DNA from: a phage
Strand: one strand, 5' to 3'
Sequence record: PZ402302.1
DNA length: 39,751 nucleotides
Part shown: positions 25,727-36,300 of the stretch, piece after piece
Numbering within the stretch: the first letter of the stretch is position 1
Layout: each line of letters begins with the position of its first letter
Position numbers and translations under genes: made by a program
The notes under the pieces: model-generated
The model's input: only the letters and a program-made list of their open reading frames with translations
The model's database searches: none
Told to the model about the DNA's origin: nothing

Positions 25727-26770
25727 ATGGCTAAGATGAATGGTGGTCAGCAAATTGGTAAAGACCAAGGTAAAGGTATGTCTGCTGGTGATAAACTGGC
25801 TCTGTTCCTGAAAGTGTTCGGTGGTGAAGTTCTGACCGCGTTTACTCGTACCTCTGTTACCATGAACAAACACCTCGTACGTTCCATTCAGTCCGGTAAG
25901 TCCGCGCAGTTCCCTGTGCTGGGTCGTACCAAAGCTGCTTACCTGCAACCGGGTGAGAACCTCGATGACAAACGTAAAGACATGAAGCACACTGAGCGTA
26001 CCATTAACATTGATGGTCTGCTGACTGCTGACGTTCTGATTTACGACATCGAAGACGCAATGAACCACTATGACGTGCGCTCCGAGTATACCGCACAGTT
26101 GGGTGAATCTCTTGCGATGGCTGCTGATGGCGCGGTTCTGGCTGAAATGGCTAAACTGTGTAACCTGCCGTCTGCGTCTGATGAGAACATCGCTGGTCTC
26201 GGTAAGGCTCATGTACTGGAAGTTGGCAAGCAGTCTGAGCTTCGTGGAGACCAAGTTAAGCTGGGTCAGGCTATTATCGCACAGTTAACTCTGGCTCGTG
26301 CCAAGCTGACTGGCAACTATGTTCCGTCTGCTGACCGTGTGTTCTACACCACTCCAGACAACTACTCTGCTATTCTGGCTGCTCTGATGCCTAACGCTGC
26401 AAACTATCAGGCTCTGATTGACCCGTCTACTGGCTCTATCCGCAACGTTATGGGCTTCGAAGTTATTGAGGTTCCGCACCTGACTGCTGGTGGTGCTGGC
26501 GAAGACCGTCCAGAAGAAGGTGTAAATCCGACTGGTCAGAAACATGCGTTCCCTGAGACTTCCTCTGGTGACACCCGTGTTGCTCTGGACAACGTTGTCG
26601 GTCTGTTCAATCACCGCTCTGCCGTTGGTACTGTTAAGCTGAAAGATATGGCACTGGAACGTGCTCGTCGAGCTAACTTCCAAGCAGACCAGATTATCGC
26701 TAAGTACGCTATGGGTCACGGTGGTCTGCGCCCTGAAGCATGTGGTGCGCTGGTTTTCAACAAGGCTTAA
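25727..26770 (+). CDS. 10A: major capsid protein 10A (T7 gp10A-like), 347 aa
   Basis: GDKLALFLKVFGGEVLTAF, SGKSAQFPVLGRT.AAYL.PGENLDDKRKD.KHTE, LLTADVLIYDIEDAMNHYDVRSEYT.QLGESLAMAADGAVLAE, RANFQADQIIAKYAMGHGGLRPEA match recalled T7 capsid; RBS aaggag. Confidence 0.97.
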   Translation: MAKMNGGQQIGKDQGKGMSAGDKLALFLKVFGGEVLTAFTRTSVTMNKHLVRSIQSGKSAQFPVLGRTKAAYLQPGENLDDKRKDMKHTERTINIDGLLTADVLIYDIEDAMNHYDVRSEYTAQLGESLAMAADGAVLAEMAKLCNLPSASDENIAGLGKAHVLEVGKQSELRGDQVKLGQAIIAQLTLARAKLTGNYVPSADRVFYTTPDNYSAILAALMPNAANYQALIDPSTGSIRNVMGFEVIEVPHLTAGGAGEDRPEEGVNPTGQKHAFPETSSGDTRVALDNVVGLFNHRSAVGTVKLKDMALERARRANFQADQIIAKYAMGHGGLRPEACGALVFNKA

Positions 26771-26904
26771 CTTCTCGCAAACTCGTAGGGGACACTGAGT
26801 CCCTTACTGAAGTTGAGCAAGAGCTAACGCCACAACAGAAAGCTGCCCGTACCCGTGCGGCAAACAAGGCTCGAAAGGAAGCTGAGTTAGCTGCTACTGA
26901 ATGA
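25727..26904 (+). CDS. 10B: minor capsid protein 10B by programmed -1 ribosomal frameshift (shift at GGTTTTC 26752-26758)
   Basis: Heptamer G GUU UUC lies 10 nt before the 10A stop; -1 frame stays open 49 codons (QQGLTSRKLVGDTESLTEVEQELTPQQKAARTRAANKARKEAELAATE) to TGA 26902-26904; same arrangement as T7 10A/10B. Confidence 0.65.
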
Positions 26905-26916
26905 TAACTATATGAA

Positions 26917-26955
26917 ACCCCTTGGGTGCCTTCGCGGGTGCTTGAGGGGTTTTTT
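26917..26955 (+). terminator. late terminator for phage RNAP (Tphi-like)
   Basis: aaccccttgggtgcc-ttcgc-gggtgcttgaggggttttttcg: G/C-rich stem with G-U pairs plus U-run, closely resembles recalled T7 Tphi; immediately after gene 10. Confidence 0.85.
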
Positions 26956-26978
26956 CGCTACAACAGGAGGATACCAAC

Positions 26979-27569
26979 ATGCGTTCCTATGAAACTACCC
27001 TAGAGACTGGCGAAGAGTTGGCTGCGGTCAATGACATCTTGGCCTCTATCGGTGAACCGCCTGTGTCCACTTTGGAAGGTGATGCTAACGCCGATGTCGC
27101 TAACGCACGTCGAGTTCTCAATAAGATTAACCGTCAGATTCAGTCGAAGGGCTGGACGTTCAACATTGAGGAAGGCCAACAGTTGCTGCCTGATGTGTTC
27201 AACGGATTGATTCCATATATGTCTGACTACCTGTCCGTACTGTCTGAAGGAGGCGCGACCGCTTACGTTAATCGTGGTGGTTACGTCTATGACCGGACTA
27301 CAGGAACCGATGTGTTCCAGAACCCCATCACTGTGACCATCATTAAACTGAGAGAGTTCTACGAGATGCCTGAATGCTTCCGCTTCTGGATTGTCACTAA
27401 AGCTGCCCGTCAGTTTAACAACAGGTTCTTCGGTGCACCTGAGATTGACGCTGTGTTGGCTGAAGAAGAACAAGAAGCGAAGATGCAGTGTCATGAGTAC
27501 GAACTGGACTTCGGTAACTTCAACATGCTTGATGGTGATGCCTTCACTGGTGGTCTACTATCTCGTTAA
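26979..27569 (+). CDS. 11: tail tubular protein A / gatekeeper (T7 gp11-like), 196 aa
   Basis: MRSY...[73 protein letters not shown] match recalled T7 gp11. Confidence 0.97.
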   Translation: MRSYETTLETGEELAAVNDILASIGEPPVSTLEGDANADVANARRVLNKINRQIQSKGWTFNIEEGQQLLPDVFNGLIPYMSDYLSVLSEGGATAYVNRGGYVYDRTTGTDVFQNPITVTIIKLREFYEMPECFRFWIVTKAARQFNNRFFGAPEIDAVLAEEEQEAKMQCHEYELDFGNFNMLDGDAFTGGLLSR

Positions 27570-27588
27570 TAACTTAAGGAGGTCTCTA

Positions 27589-29967
27589 ATGGCTCTTATT
27601 TCACAATCCGTCAAGAACCTGAAGGGCGGTATCAGTCAACAGCCGAACATCTTAAGGTTCCCCGAACAGGGTTCCGAACAGATTAACGGTTGGTCTTCGG
27701 AGACCGAGGGCTTACAGAAGCGTCCACCTTTTGTCTTCACTAAGACCATTGGAGACCAGAATGCCCTTGGTGCCAAGCCTCTCGTTCACCTCATCAACCG
27801 TGATAGTGTCGAACAGTATTACGTTGTGTTCACCGGACAGGGAGTCCGAGTGTTTGACTTGAATGGCAAAGAGTACGCTGTGAAAGGTGACTTGTCGTAT
27901 GTCAAAGTGGGAAACCCTCGTGATGACTTGAGGATGGTCACGGTAGCTGACTATACGTTTATCGTAAACCGTAACATGGTTGTCCGTGCTGATACGGCCC
28001 CGCTATATACACTCAAGGAGAATGGCGACTGTCTGATTAACGTTCGCGGTGGTCAGTATGGTCGAACCTTAGCATTCACCATTAATGGCGTAAGGATTGC
28101 ATATGAGATTGCCCGTGGTGATAAACCTGAGCACGTAAACGAAACTGACGCACAGTGGCTAGTTAAGAAACTTGCTGGACTAGCTCGTGCACATGGTTCC
28201 TTTAAGGACTGGAAGTTCAACGAAGGGCCGGGGTTCATCCATGTGATTGCTCCGGGTAACAGCCAGATTAACTCACTGTCCACTGAAGATGGTTACGCCA
28301 ACCAGTTGATGAACGCAGTAATGCACACTAGCCAGTCATTCAGTAAGTTGCCTCTTGAGGCTCCTAATGGATACACGGTGAAGATTGTTGGGGACACCTC
28401 TAAGACTTCTGATATGTTCTACGTTCAATATGACAACGTGAAGAAGGTGTGGAAAGAGGTTGCTGGATGGGGAGTTGAGAAGGGTCTCAATGGAGGCACT
28501 ATGCCACACGCATTGGTTCGCCAGTCTGATGGTTCCTTCCAGATGCAGGTGCTACCGTGGGCGCAACGAACTTGTGGTGACATGGATACTAACCCGACTC
28601 CATCCATCGTTGACCAGAAGATTAACGATGTGTTCTTCTTCCGTAACCGCTTAGGGTTCCTAGCTGGTGAGAACATTGTGATGTCTCGTACCTCCAAGTA
28701 TTTCTCACTGTTCCCTGCGTCAGTGGCTAACCTGTCAGATGATGACCCGATTGATGTGGCTGTATCTCACAACCGTATCTCAATCCTGAAGTATGCCGTA
28801 CCGTTCTCCGAAGAGTTGCTGCTATGGTCTGACCAAGCACAGTTCGTCCTGTCTGCTTCTGGTATCCTCTCACCGAAGTCTGTAGAGTTGAACCTCACGA
28901 CTGAGTTCGATGTGTCCGACCGTGCGCGCCCTTATGGTGTTGGTCGTGGTGTGTACTTTGCGTCACCCCGTGCTTCCTATACGTCACTCAACCGATACTA
29001 TGCAGTACAGGACGTTAGCTCCGTTAAGTCCGCTGAAGATATGAGTGCTCACGTTCCAAGTTACATCCCCAATGGTGTGTTCTCTATCCGTGGCTCCGGT
29101 ACTGAGAACTTCATCTCCGTGCTATCTGCCAACGCTCCTAGTAAAATCTTCCTCTACAAGTTCCTCTACTTGAACGAAGAGATTGCTCAACAGTCGTGGT
29201 CACATTGGGAACTTGGAAGTAACGTAACGGTTCTGGCTTGTGACTCTATTGGTTCCACCATGTACCTTGTGTTGCGCAACCAGTCCCACACTTGGATGTG
29301 CCGTGCTCACTTTACTAAGAACAGCATCGACTTCCCTGATGAGCCTTATCGTCTGTACATTGACAACAAGGTCAAGCATGTGATTCCTAAAGGTGCGTAC
29401 AACGATGACACCTACACGACCACTATCAAGCCTGTGGACATCTACGGTATGAAGTATTGGACTGGTAGGTTCTACATTGTGTCCTCTGATGGTCTGGTCT
29501 CGTGGTTCGACCCTCCGCGTGGTGGTTGGCCTAATGGCGTTCCTGTGCTGTCAATGAGTGGGAACCGAGAAGGCGAGACTATCTATATCGGAATGGCAAT
29601 CAACTTCCGCTATGTGTTCTCTAAGTTCCTCATCAAGAAGACCGCCGACGATGGCTCTACGGCTACCGAGGATATTGGTCGCTTGCAGCTTCGCCGTGCA
29701 TGGGTTAACTATGAGGATTCTGGTGCATTCGTTGTGGAAGTTGAGAACACGTCACGTCTGTTCAGCTACGATATGGCAGGTGCCCGTTTGGGTTCCAATG
29801 CTCTACGTGCTGGTGGACTTAACGTTGGCACAGGCCAGTTCCGCTTCCCGGTCGTTGGTAACGCACAGTTGAATGAAGTCCGTATTATCTCTGACCACAC
29901 CACGCCACTGAACGTTATTGGCTGTGGATGGGAGGGTAACTACCTTCGTCGTTCTTCTGGTATCTAA
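27589..29967 (+). CDS. 12: tail tubular protein B / nozzle (T7 gp12-like), 792 aa
   Basis: MALISQS.KNLKGGISQQP.IL, DVAVS.NRI.ILKYAVPFSEELL.WSD.AQFVL, IGRLQLRRAWVNYE, GCGWEGNYLRRSSGI match recalled T7 gp12; RBS taaggagg; ORF-track upstream extension rejected. Confidence 0.97.
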   Translation: MALISQSVKNLKGGISQQPNILRFPEQGSEQINGWSSETEGLQKRPPFVFTKTIGDQNALGAKPLVHLINRDSVEQYYVVFTGQGVRVFDLNGKEYAVKGDLSYVKVGNPRDDLRMVTVADYTFIVNRNMVVRADTAPLYTLKENGDCLINVRGGQYGRTLAFTINGVRIAYEIARGDKPEHVNETDAQWLVKKLAGLARAHGSFKDWKFNEGPGFIHVIAPGNSQINSLSTEDGYANQLMNAVMHTSQSFSKLPLEAPNGYTVKIVGDTSKTSDMFYVQYDNVKKVWKEVAGWGVEKGLNGGTMPHALVRQSDGSFQMQVLPWAQRTCGDMDTNPTPSIVDQKINDVFFFRNRLGFLAGENIVMSRTSKYFSLFPASVANLSDDDPIDVAVSHNRISILKYAVPFSEELLLWSDQAQFVLSASGILSPKSVELNLTTEFDVSDRARPYGVGRGVYFASPRASYTSLNRYYAVQDVSSVKSAEDMSAHVPSYIPNGVFSIRGSGTENFISVLSANAPSKIFLYKFLYLNEEIAQQSWSHWELGSNVTVLACDSIGSTMYLVLRNQSHTWMCRAHFTKNSIDFPDEPYRLYIDNKVKHVIPKGAYNDDTYTTTIKPVDIYGMKYWTGRFYIVSSDGLVSWFDPPRGGWPNGVPVLSMSGNREGETIYIGMAINFRYVFSKFLIKKTADDGSTATEDIGRLQLRRAWVNYEDSGAFVVEVENTSRLFSYDMAGARLGSNALRAGGLNVGTGQFRFPVVGNAQLNEVRIISDHTTPLNVIGCGWEGNYLRRSSGI

Positions 29968-29998
29968 AAATTAGAAACACCCCGACTCAATAAGTGAA

Positions 29999-30021
29999 CA
30001 ATACGACTCACTATTGGGAAG
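29999..30021 (+). promoter_or_regulatory. phage RNAP promoter (phi13-like)
   Basis: caatacgactcactattgggaagg. Confidence 0.85.
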
Positions 30022-30050
30022 GGGGGTTTATACTTAAAGGGAGAAACTCT

Positions 30051-30464
30051 ATGTTAATAATCAGACCTACCAAAGAATCAGACTTCGATAGATTCACTCC
30101 GTCACCTGAAGACATCGCTGAGGCACATGCCTACGGTATTGAACCAGCATTTCCACCAGCCAATGAGTGCGTAACTATGTCACTTCATGGTATGCCAGTG
30201 GCTATCGGTGGCAACTGTGGGGACCAAGTGTGGTTCGTAACGTCCGCTCGTGTGTGGAAACTAAGTATGAAGACCCGAAGAGAGTTCCGAAAGCTCATTC
30301 TGGAATATCGTGATACCATGCTCAAACAGTATCCGATTATCTGGAACTACGTTTGGGTCGGCAACAAGTCCCACATTAGGTTCTTGAAGTCTATCGGTGC
30401 GGTGTTCCATAATGAGTTTACTGGTGACAGTAATCAATTCCAACTATTCACAATAGGAGGTTAA
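30051..30464 (+). CDS. 13: internal virion protein A (T7 gp13-like), 137 aa
   Basis: PVAIGGNCGDQVWFVTS, YP..WNYVWVGNKSHIRFLK.IGAVFH.EFT...QFQLFTI match recalled T7 gp13. Confidence 0.9.
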   Translation: MLIIRPTKESDFDRFTPSPEDIAEAHAYGIEPAFPPANECVTMSLHGMPVAIGGNCGDQVWFVTSARVWKLSMKTRREFRKLILEYRDTMLKQYPIIWNYVWVGNKSHIRFLKSIGAVFHNEFTGDSNQFQLFTIGG

Positions 30465-30466
30465 CT

Positions 30467-31072
30467 ATGTGCTGGATGGCTGCAATCCCTATCGCTATGC
30501 AAGGCGCTTCCATGATTATGGGAGGTATGCAGGGTGAACAGGCAAAGGCCGCACAGATTGACCAAGGTCGTCGCCAAAGTTGGCAGATGGTAAAGGAGAT
30601 GAATTATAACGATGCTAATCTCAAGTTAGAATCGCGTGACCTCATTGACTCCACTGTACAGGAGATGACCCAAGCGAATATGAACCGTGTGAGAAACATG
30701 GGGACTATCCGAGCGGCAATCGGTGAAGGGATGCTTGAAGGTAACTCTATGGACCGCGTACAGCGCGTGACCGAGGGTGACTTCCTTCGAGAGTCTCAAG
30801 GTCTCACTGAGAACTACCAACGTGACTACAGTGTCATCTTAGGGAAGCGTTTAGCTAACCACGAGAACACAGTAAGTCAGATTAAAGAAATCAACAACTC
30901 TGAGCCACGGCTTAAAGGCAAGCTGGAACAAATTATCGACCCATTAGGCTTAGGCTTAACGAAGCTGGTTGATGTTGCAACCGCTGGTAGTCCTCTAACC
31001 AATAAGTTAGGTAAGAAGGCTGCTGCTAAGGTCAAGGCTTCAGATGCCAAGTCAACAGGCCAAGGTAAATAA
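30467..31072 (+). CDS. 14: internal virion protein B (T7 gp14-like), 201 aa
   Basis: Size and position as T7 gp14; N-terminal hydrophobic MCWMAAIPIAMQGASMIMGG; RBS taggagg. Confidence 0.85.
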   Translation: MCWMAAIPIAMQGASMIMGGMQGEQAKAAQIDQGRRQSWQMVKEMNYNDANLKLESRDLIDSTVQEMTQANMNRVRNMGTIRAAIGEGMLEGNSMDRVQRVTEGDFLRESQGLTENYQRDYSVILGKRLANHENTVSQIKEINNSEPRLKGKLEQIIDPLGLGLTKLVDVATAGSPLTNKLGKKAAAKVKASDAKSTGQGK

Positions 31073-31086
31073 AGGAGGTACAGTTT

Positions 31087-33366
31087 ATGAGTAAGTTAGC
31101 TCAAGCATTGGGTAACATGAACGCTCCGGCTACCAGTCGTCTGCGTGGCACTGGTCGTATGGAAGTTAAGGCCGCAACAGTATACGAAGACCCTAAGTAT
31201 TCCAAGAAGTCCGCTCTGATTGGTACTGTAGGTAAACTTGCTGAGATGGGTGCGGATGCTTATATGAAGTATGACCAGCACCAGAAGGACAAGGCAGACG
31301 AACGCTCTAACGAGATTATTCGTAAGCTGACTCCTGAGCAACGTCGAGAGGCCATTAAGAATGGGACACTGTTATATCAGGATGACCCATATGCGATGGA
31401 AGCTCTTAAGATTAAGACTGGTCGTAACGCTGCGTATCTCGTAGATGACGAAGTGGCACAGAAGGTGAAGAACGGTGAGTTCCGTACTCGTCAAGAGTTG
31501 GAAGAGTTCCGTCACAGCCGACTGCAAGAAGCCGCTAAGAACTATGCGGAACAGTTCGGTATCGACGAGACTGATGAGCACTATCAGAAAGGTTTCAACT
31601 CCGACATCACTGAACGTAACATCGCCCTCTATGGTGCTCATGATAACTTCCTGAGTGACCAAGCTAAGAAGGGCGCTGTCATCAACAGCCGAGTAGAGTT
31701 GAACTCTGTGTTGAACGACCCGGACACTCTGCGTTCTCCCTATGCTGGAGAGTTCTTTGAGAACTACTTCAGTGCCGGATTGACTACAGGAAGTATCCCT
31801 AGTGATGACCAAGCGTTCACCATGATTAGCCAAGGTCTGTCTGACGTGGTTAACCGTGAAGGTGGTGGTCAGTTCCTGAAACAGATTGAGAACCGTAAGG
31901 TGAAACTCCACGGAAAAGAGACTACCTTCAAGGAACTGATGGGTTCCGAACAGTGGAACAATCTGATGGTTAAGGCTCAACATAATGAGTTCCAGTTGAA
32001 TGCTAAGAAGACCGAGGCGTTCCAACTTAATGTGAACTCTGCGTTGAACCAAGAGAACGTGAACACTGGCTGGGAACAGTTGCAGTCCATCAAGGCTGAA
32101 CTGGACACACTGCAACCGGGCGAAGAGATGACACCTGAACGTCAGGCGTTAATCAATGCACAGACGCAGATGCAGGACAGGATGAAGCGGGAGACCGCTG
32201 AGTTAGCCAAGCAGATGGACAAGCAACAGAAGTCGATGAACAAGATGAACGTCATTGACGCACAGTTCCAGAAGCGGCTCAATGGTCAGTATGTGTCTAC
32301 TGCGTATGGCGATATGCCTACCAACGAGAACACTGGTGAGTTCACCCATAGTGACATGGTTAACTATGCGAACAAGAAGCTGGCTGACATTGACGCTATG
32401 GACATCCCTGATGCACAGAAGGACCGCATGAAGTTGGACTACCTCAAAGCTGACTCCGAGAAGGGTGCTTTCCGTACTGCGGTTGGTGAACTGATTGGTG
32501 ACGCTGAGAAGGAATGGACGTCTGCTGTGATTAACGGGAAGATGCCCGAAGATGGTGGAGTGGCACTTAATGCTCTTCGTCGTGTTCGTAATGCTGACCC
32601 TGAGTTATTCGCTGCACTCTATCCTGATAAAGCCGAGATGTTCCTCACGATGGACATGATGGACAACCAAGGGATTGACCCGCAAATCCTGCTGGATGCA
32701 GATAAGGCTCGACAGTCTCTTACCAAAGAGATGCAGTACGAGGATGACAAGGCTTGGGCTTCGCTGAAGAACAACTCCGAGTCTCCCGAACTGTCCCGTA
32801 TGCCAGCCACCTTGGACGCTGGTGCTCGTAAGATTTATGACTCTGTGAAGTACCGTACTGGCAATGCTGATATGGCGATGCAACAGGTCGATAAGTATCT
32901 CAAAGAGAACACAACGACTCTCACTGGTGATGGTGTTGATGGTGATACCATTGGTGTCTTAACGAGAAACTCCCTGCGTGTGACCGATGACCCGGACTCT
33001 TGGAAACAAGGTAAGGACATTATCGACACAGCCGCTAAGAAACTCGCTGAGACGAACAAGTGGATTACCAACAAGCAACTTACTGTGTTTGAGCGCGGTG
33101 GCTCTATCTACCTGATGGACACGACCGGACAGGTAAACATTCGGTATGACAAGCAGTTGCTCTCTAAGATGTATCAAGAGAACCAAGCGAAGCTGGATGA
33201 GGAAGCCCGTAATAAGGCACTCAAAGATGCCAACAAGCGAACCCTACATACACGAGCTATGAACCGCAAGCGTGAACGTGAAGCTAAGAAGCCTAAACGC
33301 TCTGGCAGCATGTACGATAGCGTAAGTGGCAAAGGTATTCTGGATACGCTGACTGGTAAAGACTAA
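31087..33366 (+). CDS. 15: internal virion protein C (T7 gp15-like), 759 aa
   Basis: Size and position as T7 gp15 (747 aa), between gp14 and gp16; alpha-helical, charged. Confidence 0.85.
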   Translation: MSKLAQALGNMNAPATSRLRGTGRMEVKAATVYEDPKYSKKSALIGTVGKLAEMGADAYMKYDQHQKDKADERSNEIIRKLTPEQRREAIKNGTLLYQDDPYAMEALKIKTGRNAAYLVDDEVAQKVKNGEFRTRQELEEFRHSRLQEAAKNYAEQFGIDETDEHYQKGFNSDITERNIALYGAHDNFLSDQAKKGAVINSRVELNSVLNDPDTLRSPYAGEFFENYFSAGLTTGSIPSDDQAFTMISQGLSDVVNREGGGQFLKQIENRKVKLHGKETTFKELMGSEQWNNLMVKAQHNEFQLNAKKTEAFQLNVNSALNQENVNTGWEQLQSIKAELDTLQPGEEMTPERQALINAQTQMQDRMKRETAELAKQMDKQQKSMNKMNVIDAQFQKRLNGQYVSTAYGDMPTNENTGEFTHSDMVNYANKKLADIDAMDIPDAQKDRMKLDYLKADSEKGAFRTAVGELIGDAEKEWTSAVINGKMPEDGGVALNALRRVRNADPELFAALYPDKAEMFLTMDMMDNQGIDPQILLDADKARQSLTKEMQYEDDKAWASLKNNSESPELSRMPATLDAGARKIYDSVKYRTGNADMAMQQVDKYLKENTTTLTGDGVDGDTIGVLTRNSLRVTDDPDSWKQGKDIIDTAAKKLAETNKWITNKQLTVFERGGSIYLMDTTGQVNIRYDKQLLSKMYQENQAKLDEEARNKALKDANKRTLHTRAMNRKREREAKKPKRSGSMYDSVSGKGILDTLTGKD

Positions 33367-33389
33367 CAGACCACGATAGGAGGTTCCAA

Positions 33390-36300
33390 GTGGATAAGTA
33401 TAACCCGAACGAACCGCATGAATATGATGCGTTATTTCAACAAGCTGCTGACACACATGGAGTCTCCTATGGCCTTCTTCGGAAGGTCGGTTGGGTAGAG
33501 TCCCGCTTTAAACCTACGGCTCAATCACCAACAGGGCCGAGAGGTGTCATGCAGTTCACTAAGGCAACTGGTCAGGCTTATGGTCTCCAGAACGATGAGG
33601 ACTTCACTGACCCGGCTAAGTCCATTGATGCAGGTGCTCGTTACCTTGCAGACCTCGTTAAGAAGTACGATGGCGATGAACTTAAAGCTGCCCTAGCGTA
33701 CAACCAAGGTGAAGGGCGTAATGGTAAGCCACAACTGGAAGCCTACGATTCTGGTAACTTTGCTGGCATCGGTGATGAGGGGCGTAACTATCTGCGTTCA
33801 CTTCTGGATGTCGCTAAGTCACCTAAGAGTGGTGACATTGAGTCATTCGGAGGTATCACCCCAAAGGCTAAAGGGATTCCGTTTGATGCTGCGATGAGTG
33901 GTATCGGGAAGAAAGGAAAGGTAACAACTGAACTCCCTGAGTCTCACGAAATGTCCTTTCAAGGTAAAGAACAGGCCGCTCCCAATCAGCCGTTCGGAAA
34001 AGATTATTGGGAAGCCAAAGGTACAACTCTTGACGAAGCAAACGAGCGTTCAACCTTCTTCGGATTTGGTAATGCTGCCGAAGCAGAACTCTCTAACTCA
34101 ACCTTGGGTGTTGCCTTCCGTGCTGGTAAGCGTGACAATGGTTTCGATGTTCTTACTGACGTACTTCAGCCGACACGGTTTAATAGCCACATTTGGTCGC
34201 CTGAAGAACTCGAAAAGATTCGCAACGAAGTGAAGAACCCTGCGTACATGAACGTTGTACTTGGTGGTTCCGCTGAGAACCTTGACGAGCTAATCAAGTT
34301 AGCCAATGAGAACTTCGAGTTGGACTCTAAGGCCGCTGATGCTGGCCTTGCTGCCAAACTGTCTGCTGGCCTGATTGGTGCTGGTGTGGACCCGTTGACC
34401 TACGTCCCAATCGCAGGGAGTACAGCCAAGGGGTTCAAACTGGTGAACAAGGCGTTGATGGTGGGTGCTCAAGCTGGTGCACTTAACGTTGCCTCCGAGG
34501 GTCTGCGTACATCCGTTGCTGGTGGTGATGCTCACTATGCGGAAGCTGCTCTTGCTGGTATGCTGCTTGCTGGGGGACTCACTGCGGTTGCTGATGGTGT
34601 TGCTGCTGGTCTCCGTAAGTCTGGTGCTGAACAGATTGAGAACCCGTTTGCTGCTGCGCAGATGCGTTTTGAGGCTCGTGAGACTGCCCGTAACACTGAT
34701 GGATATGATGCAAGTCGTATGCCTCCGAGTGAAGACCGAGTGTTCTCACAGCACAACGGCGTTGAGTATGCACCTCTCGAAACTGAACCGGGTGCGGTAG
34801 TTCTGAAGGACGGCTCAATCATTAGTGATACCAACTTGGCTAACCCAATGACTGCCAAAGAGTTTGCCGAGGTAGACCCTGAACGTGCTGCTTGGGGATT
34901 GCCTATGCGTGGCCTGAGTGAAATCGGTTTGAGAACTCTACGTTCTGAACATGCAGAAATCCGTGGACTAGCTAAGGACTTAGTGCGCTCACCTACAGGT
35001 ATGGAGTCTGGCTCACATGGTAAGTTTGGGGCTACCGCCTCAGACATCAAAGAGCGCCTACACAGTAACAACCAGCGAACCTACAATGACCTCTATGGTG
35101 CAATGAAGGAAGCTATGGCTGACCCTGAGTGGTCTGTGGGTATGTTCAAGCAGGGTGCCCAAGGTGCTCGTCAGGAAATCTATCGTCGTGTTGCAATCGC
35201 TATTGAGCGTCCAGAACTTCAGGCCAACTTAACGAAGGCTGAACGTAAGGTAATGGACATCATGAAGGAACATTTCGACCTCAAGCGTGAGATGATGGAG
35301 AACCCGTCGATGTTCGGCAACAAGGCAACTTCCATCTTCCCTAACAGTCGTCACAAAGGGACTTACGTTCCTCATGTGTACTCACGGGAAGCCAAGCAGC
35401 TGTACTCACAGGCTCTCGGTGGCTCTGATGGTTTACAGGAAGCAATCGCTGCAAGCTGGATGACCTCTTACCGTTCACGTCCAGAAGTTAAGACTCGTGT
35501 GGATGAGCATTTAGCGGAGACATTGGGTATCGACCCTAAAGCTGTTACCGAAGAGATGGTGATGAAACATGCCAGCGACAAGGCTTATGGTATTGCGAAG
35601 ACAGATGAGTTCAACTCTTCAAGTGTCATCGACGATAACATTGAGGGTCTGGTAGGGATTGAGAATAACTCGTTCCTTGAAGCCCGTAACCTGTTCGATT
35701 CTGACATGCCAGTCACGCTCCCGAATGGACAACAGTTCTCTGTGAATGACCTCCGAGACTTCGATATGAAGCATGTGATGCCAGCATATGACCGCCGTGT
35801 TGATGGTGATATTGCTATCATGGGTGGTACAGGAAAGACGACTGCTGAACTCAAGGATTCCATCATGGCTCTCGATAAGAAGTCAGAAGGGAAAGGCACG
35901 ATGAAAGGTGAAGTAGAGGCACTTAAGGATACCGTTAAGATTCTCACCGGTCGTGCCCGACGCAATCATGATACTGTAGGGGACACTATGGTCCGTGCTC
36001 TGTCCGATATGTCCTTCTTTACGAAGAACGCATACATGGGCTTGCAGAACCTAACCGAAATCTCCGGTATGTTACAGAAGGGTAATATTCGTGCGATGCT
36101 TCATGGCATTCCGGTACTGCGTGACTTAGCATTCCGCAACAAGCCAGTCTCCGGTAGTGAACTCAAAGAACTCCACTCTATGGTGTTCGGTAAAGAGTTC
36201 GACCAGTTAATCCGACCGTCCCGTCAGGACATCATTCAGCGACTCCGCGAATCCACTGATACACCAGATGTAGCCGCTAAGGTTGTTGGGACCATTAAGC

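Noticed and set aside
25547-26254. 235-aa minus-strand ORF antisense to the major capsid gene
   Set aside because: Same reasoning: antisense to a highly conserved gene, no expression signals, no recognisable protein features.
31372-32115. 247-aa minus-strand ORF antisense to gene 15
   Set aside because: Antisense shadow ORF inside a conserved + strand gene; low-complexity translated product.
34535-35071. 178-aa minus-strand ORF antisense to gene 16
   Set aside because: Antisense shadow ORF; Ala/Ser/Arg-rich product typical of reverse-frame translation of GC-rich codons.
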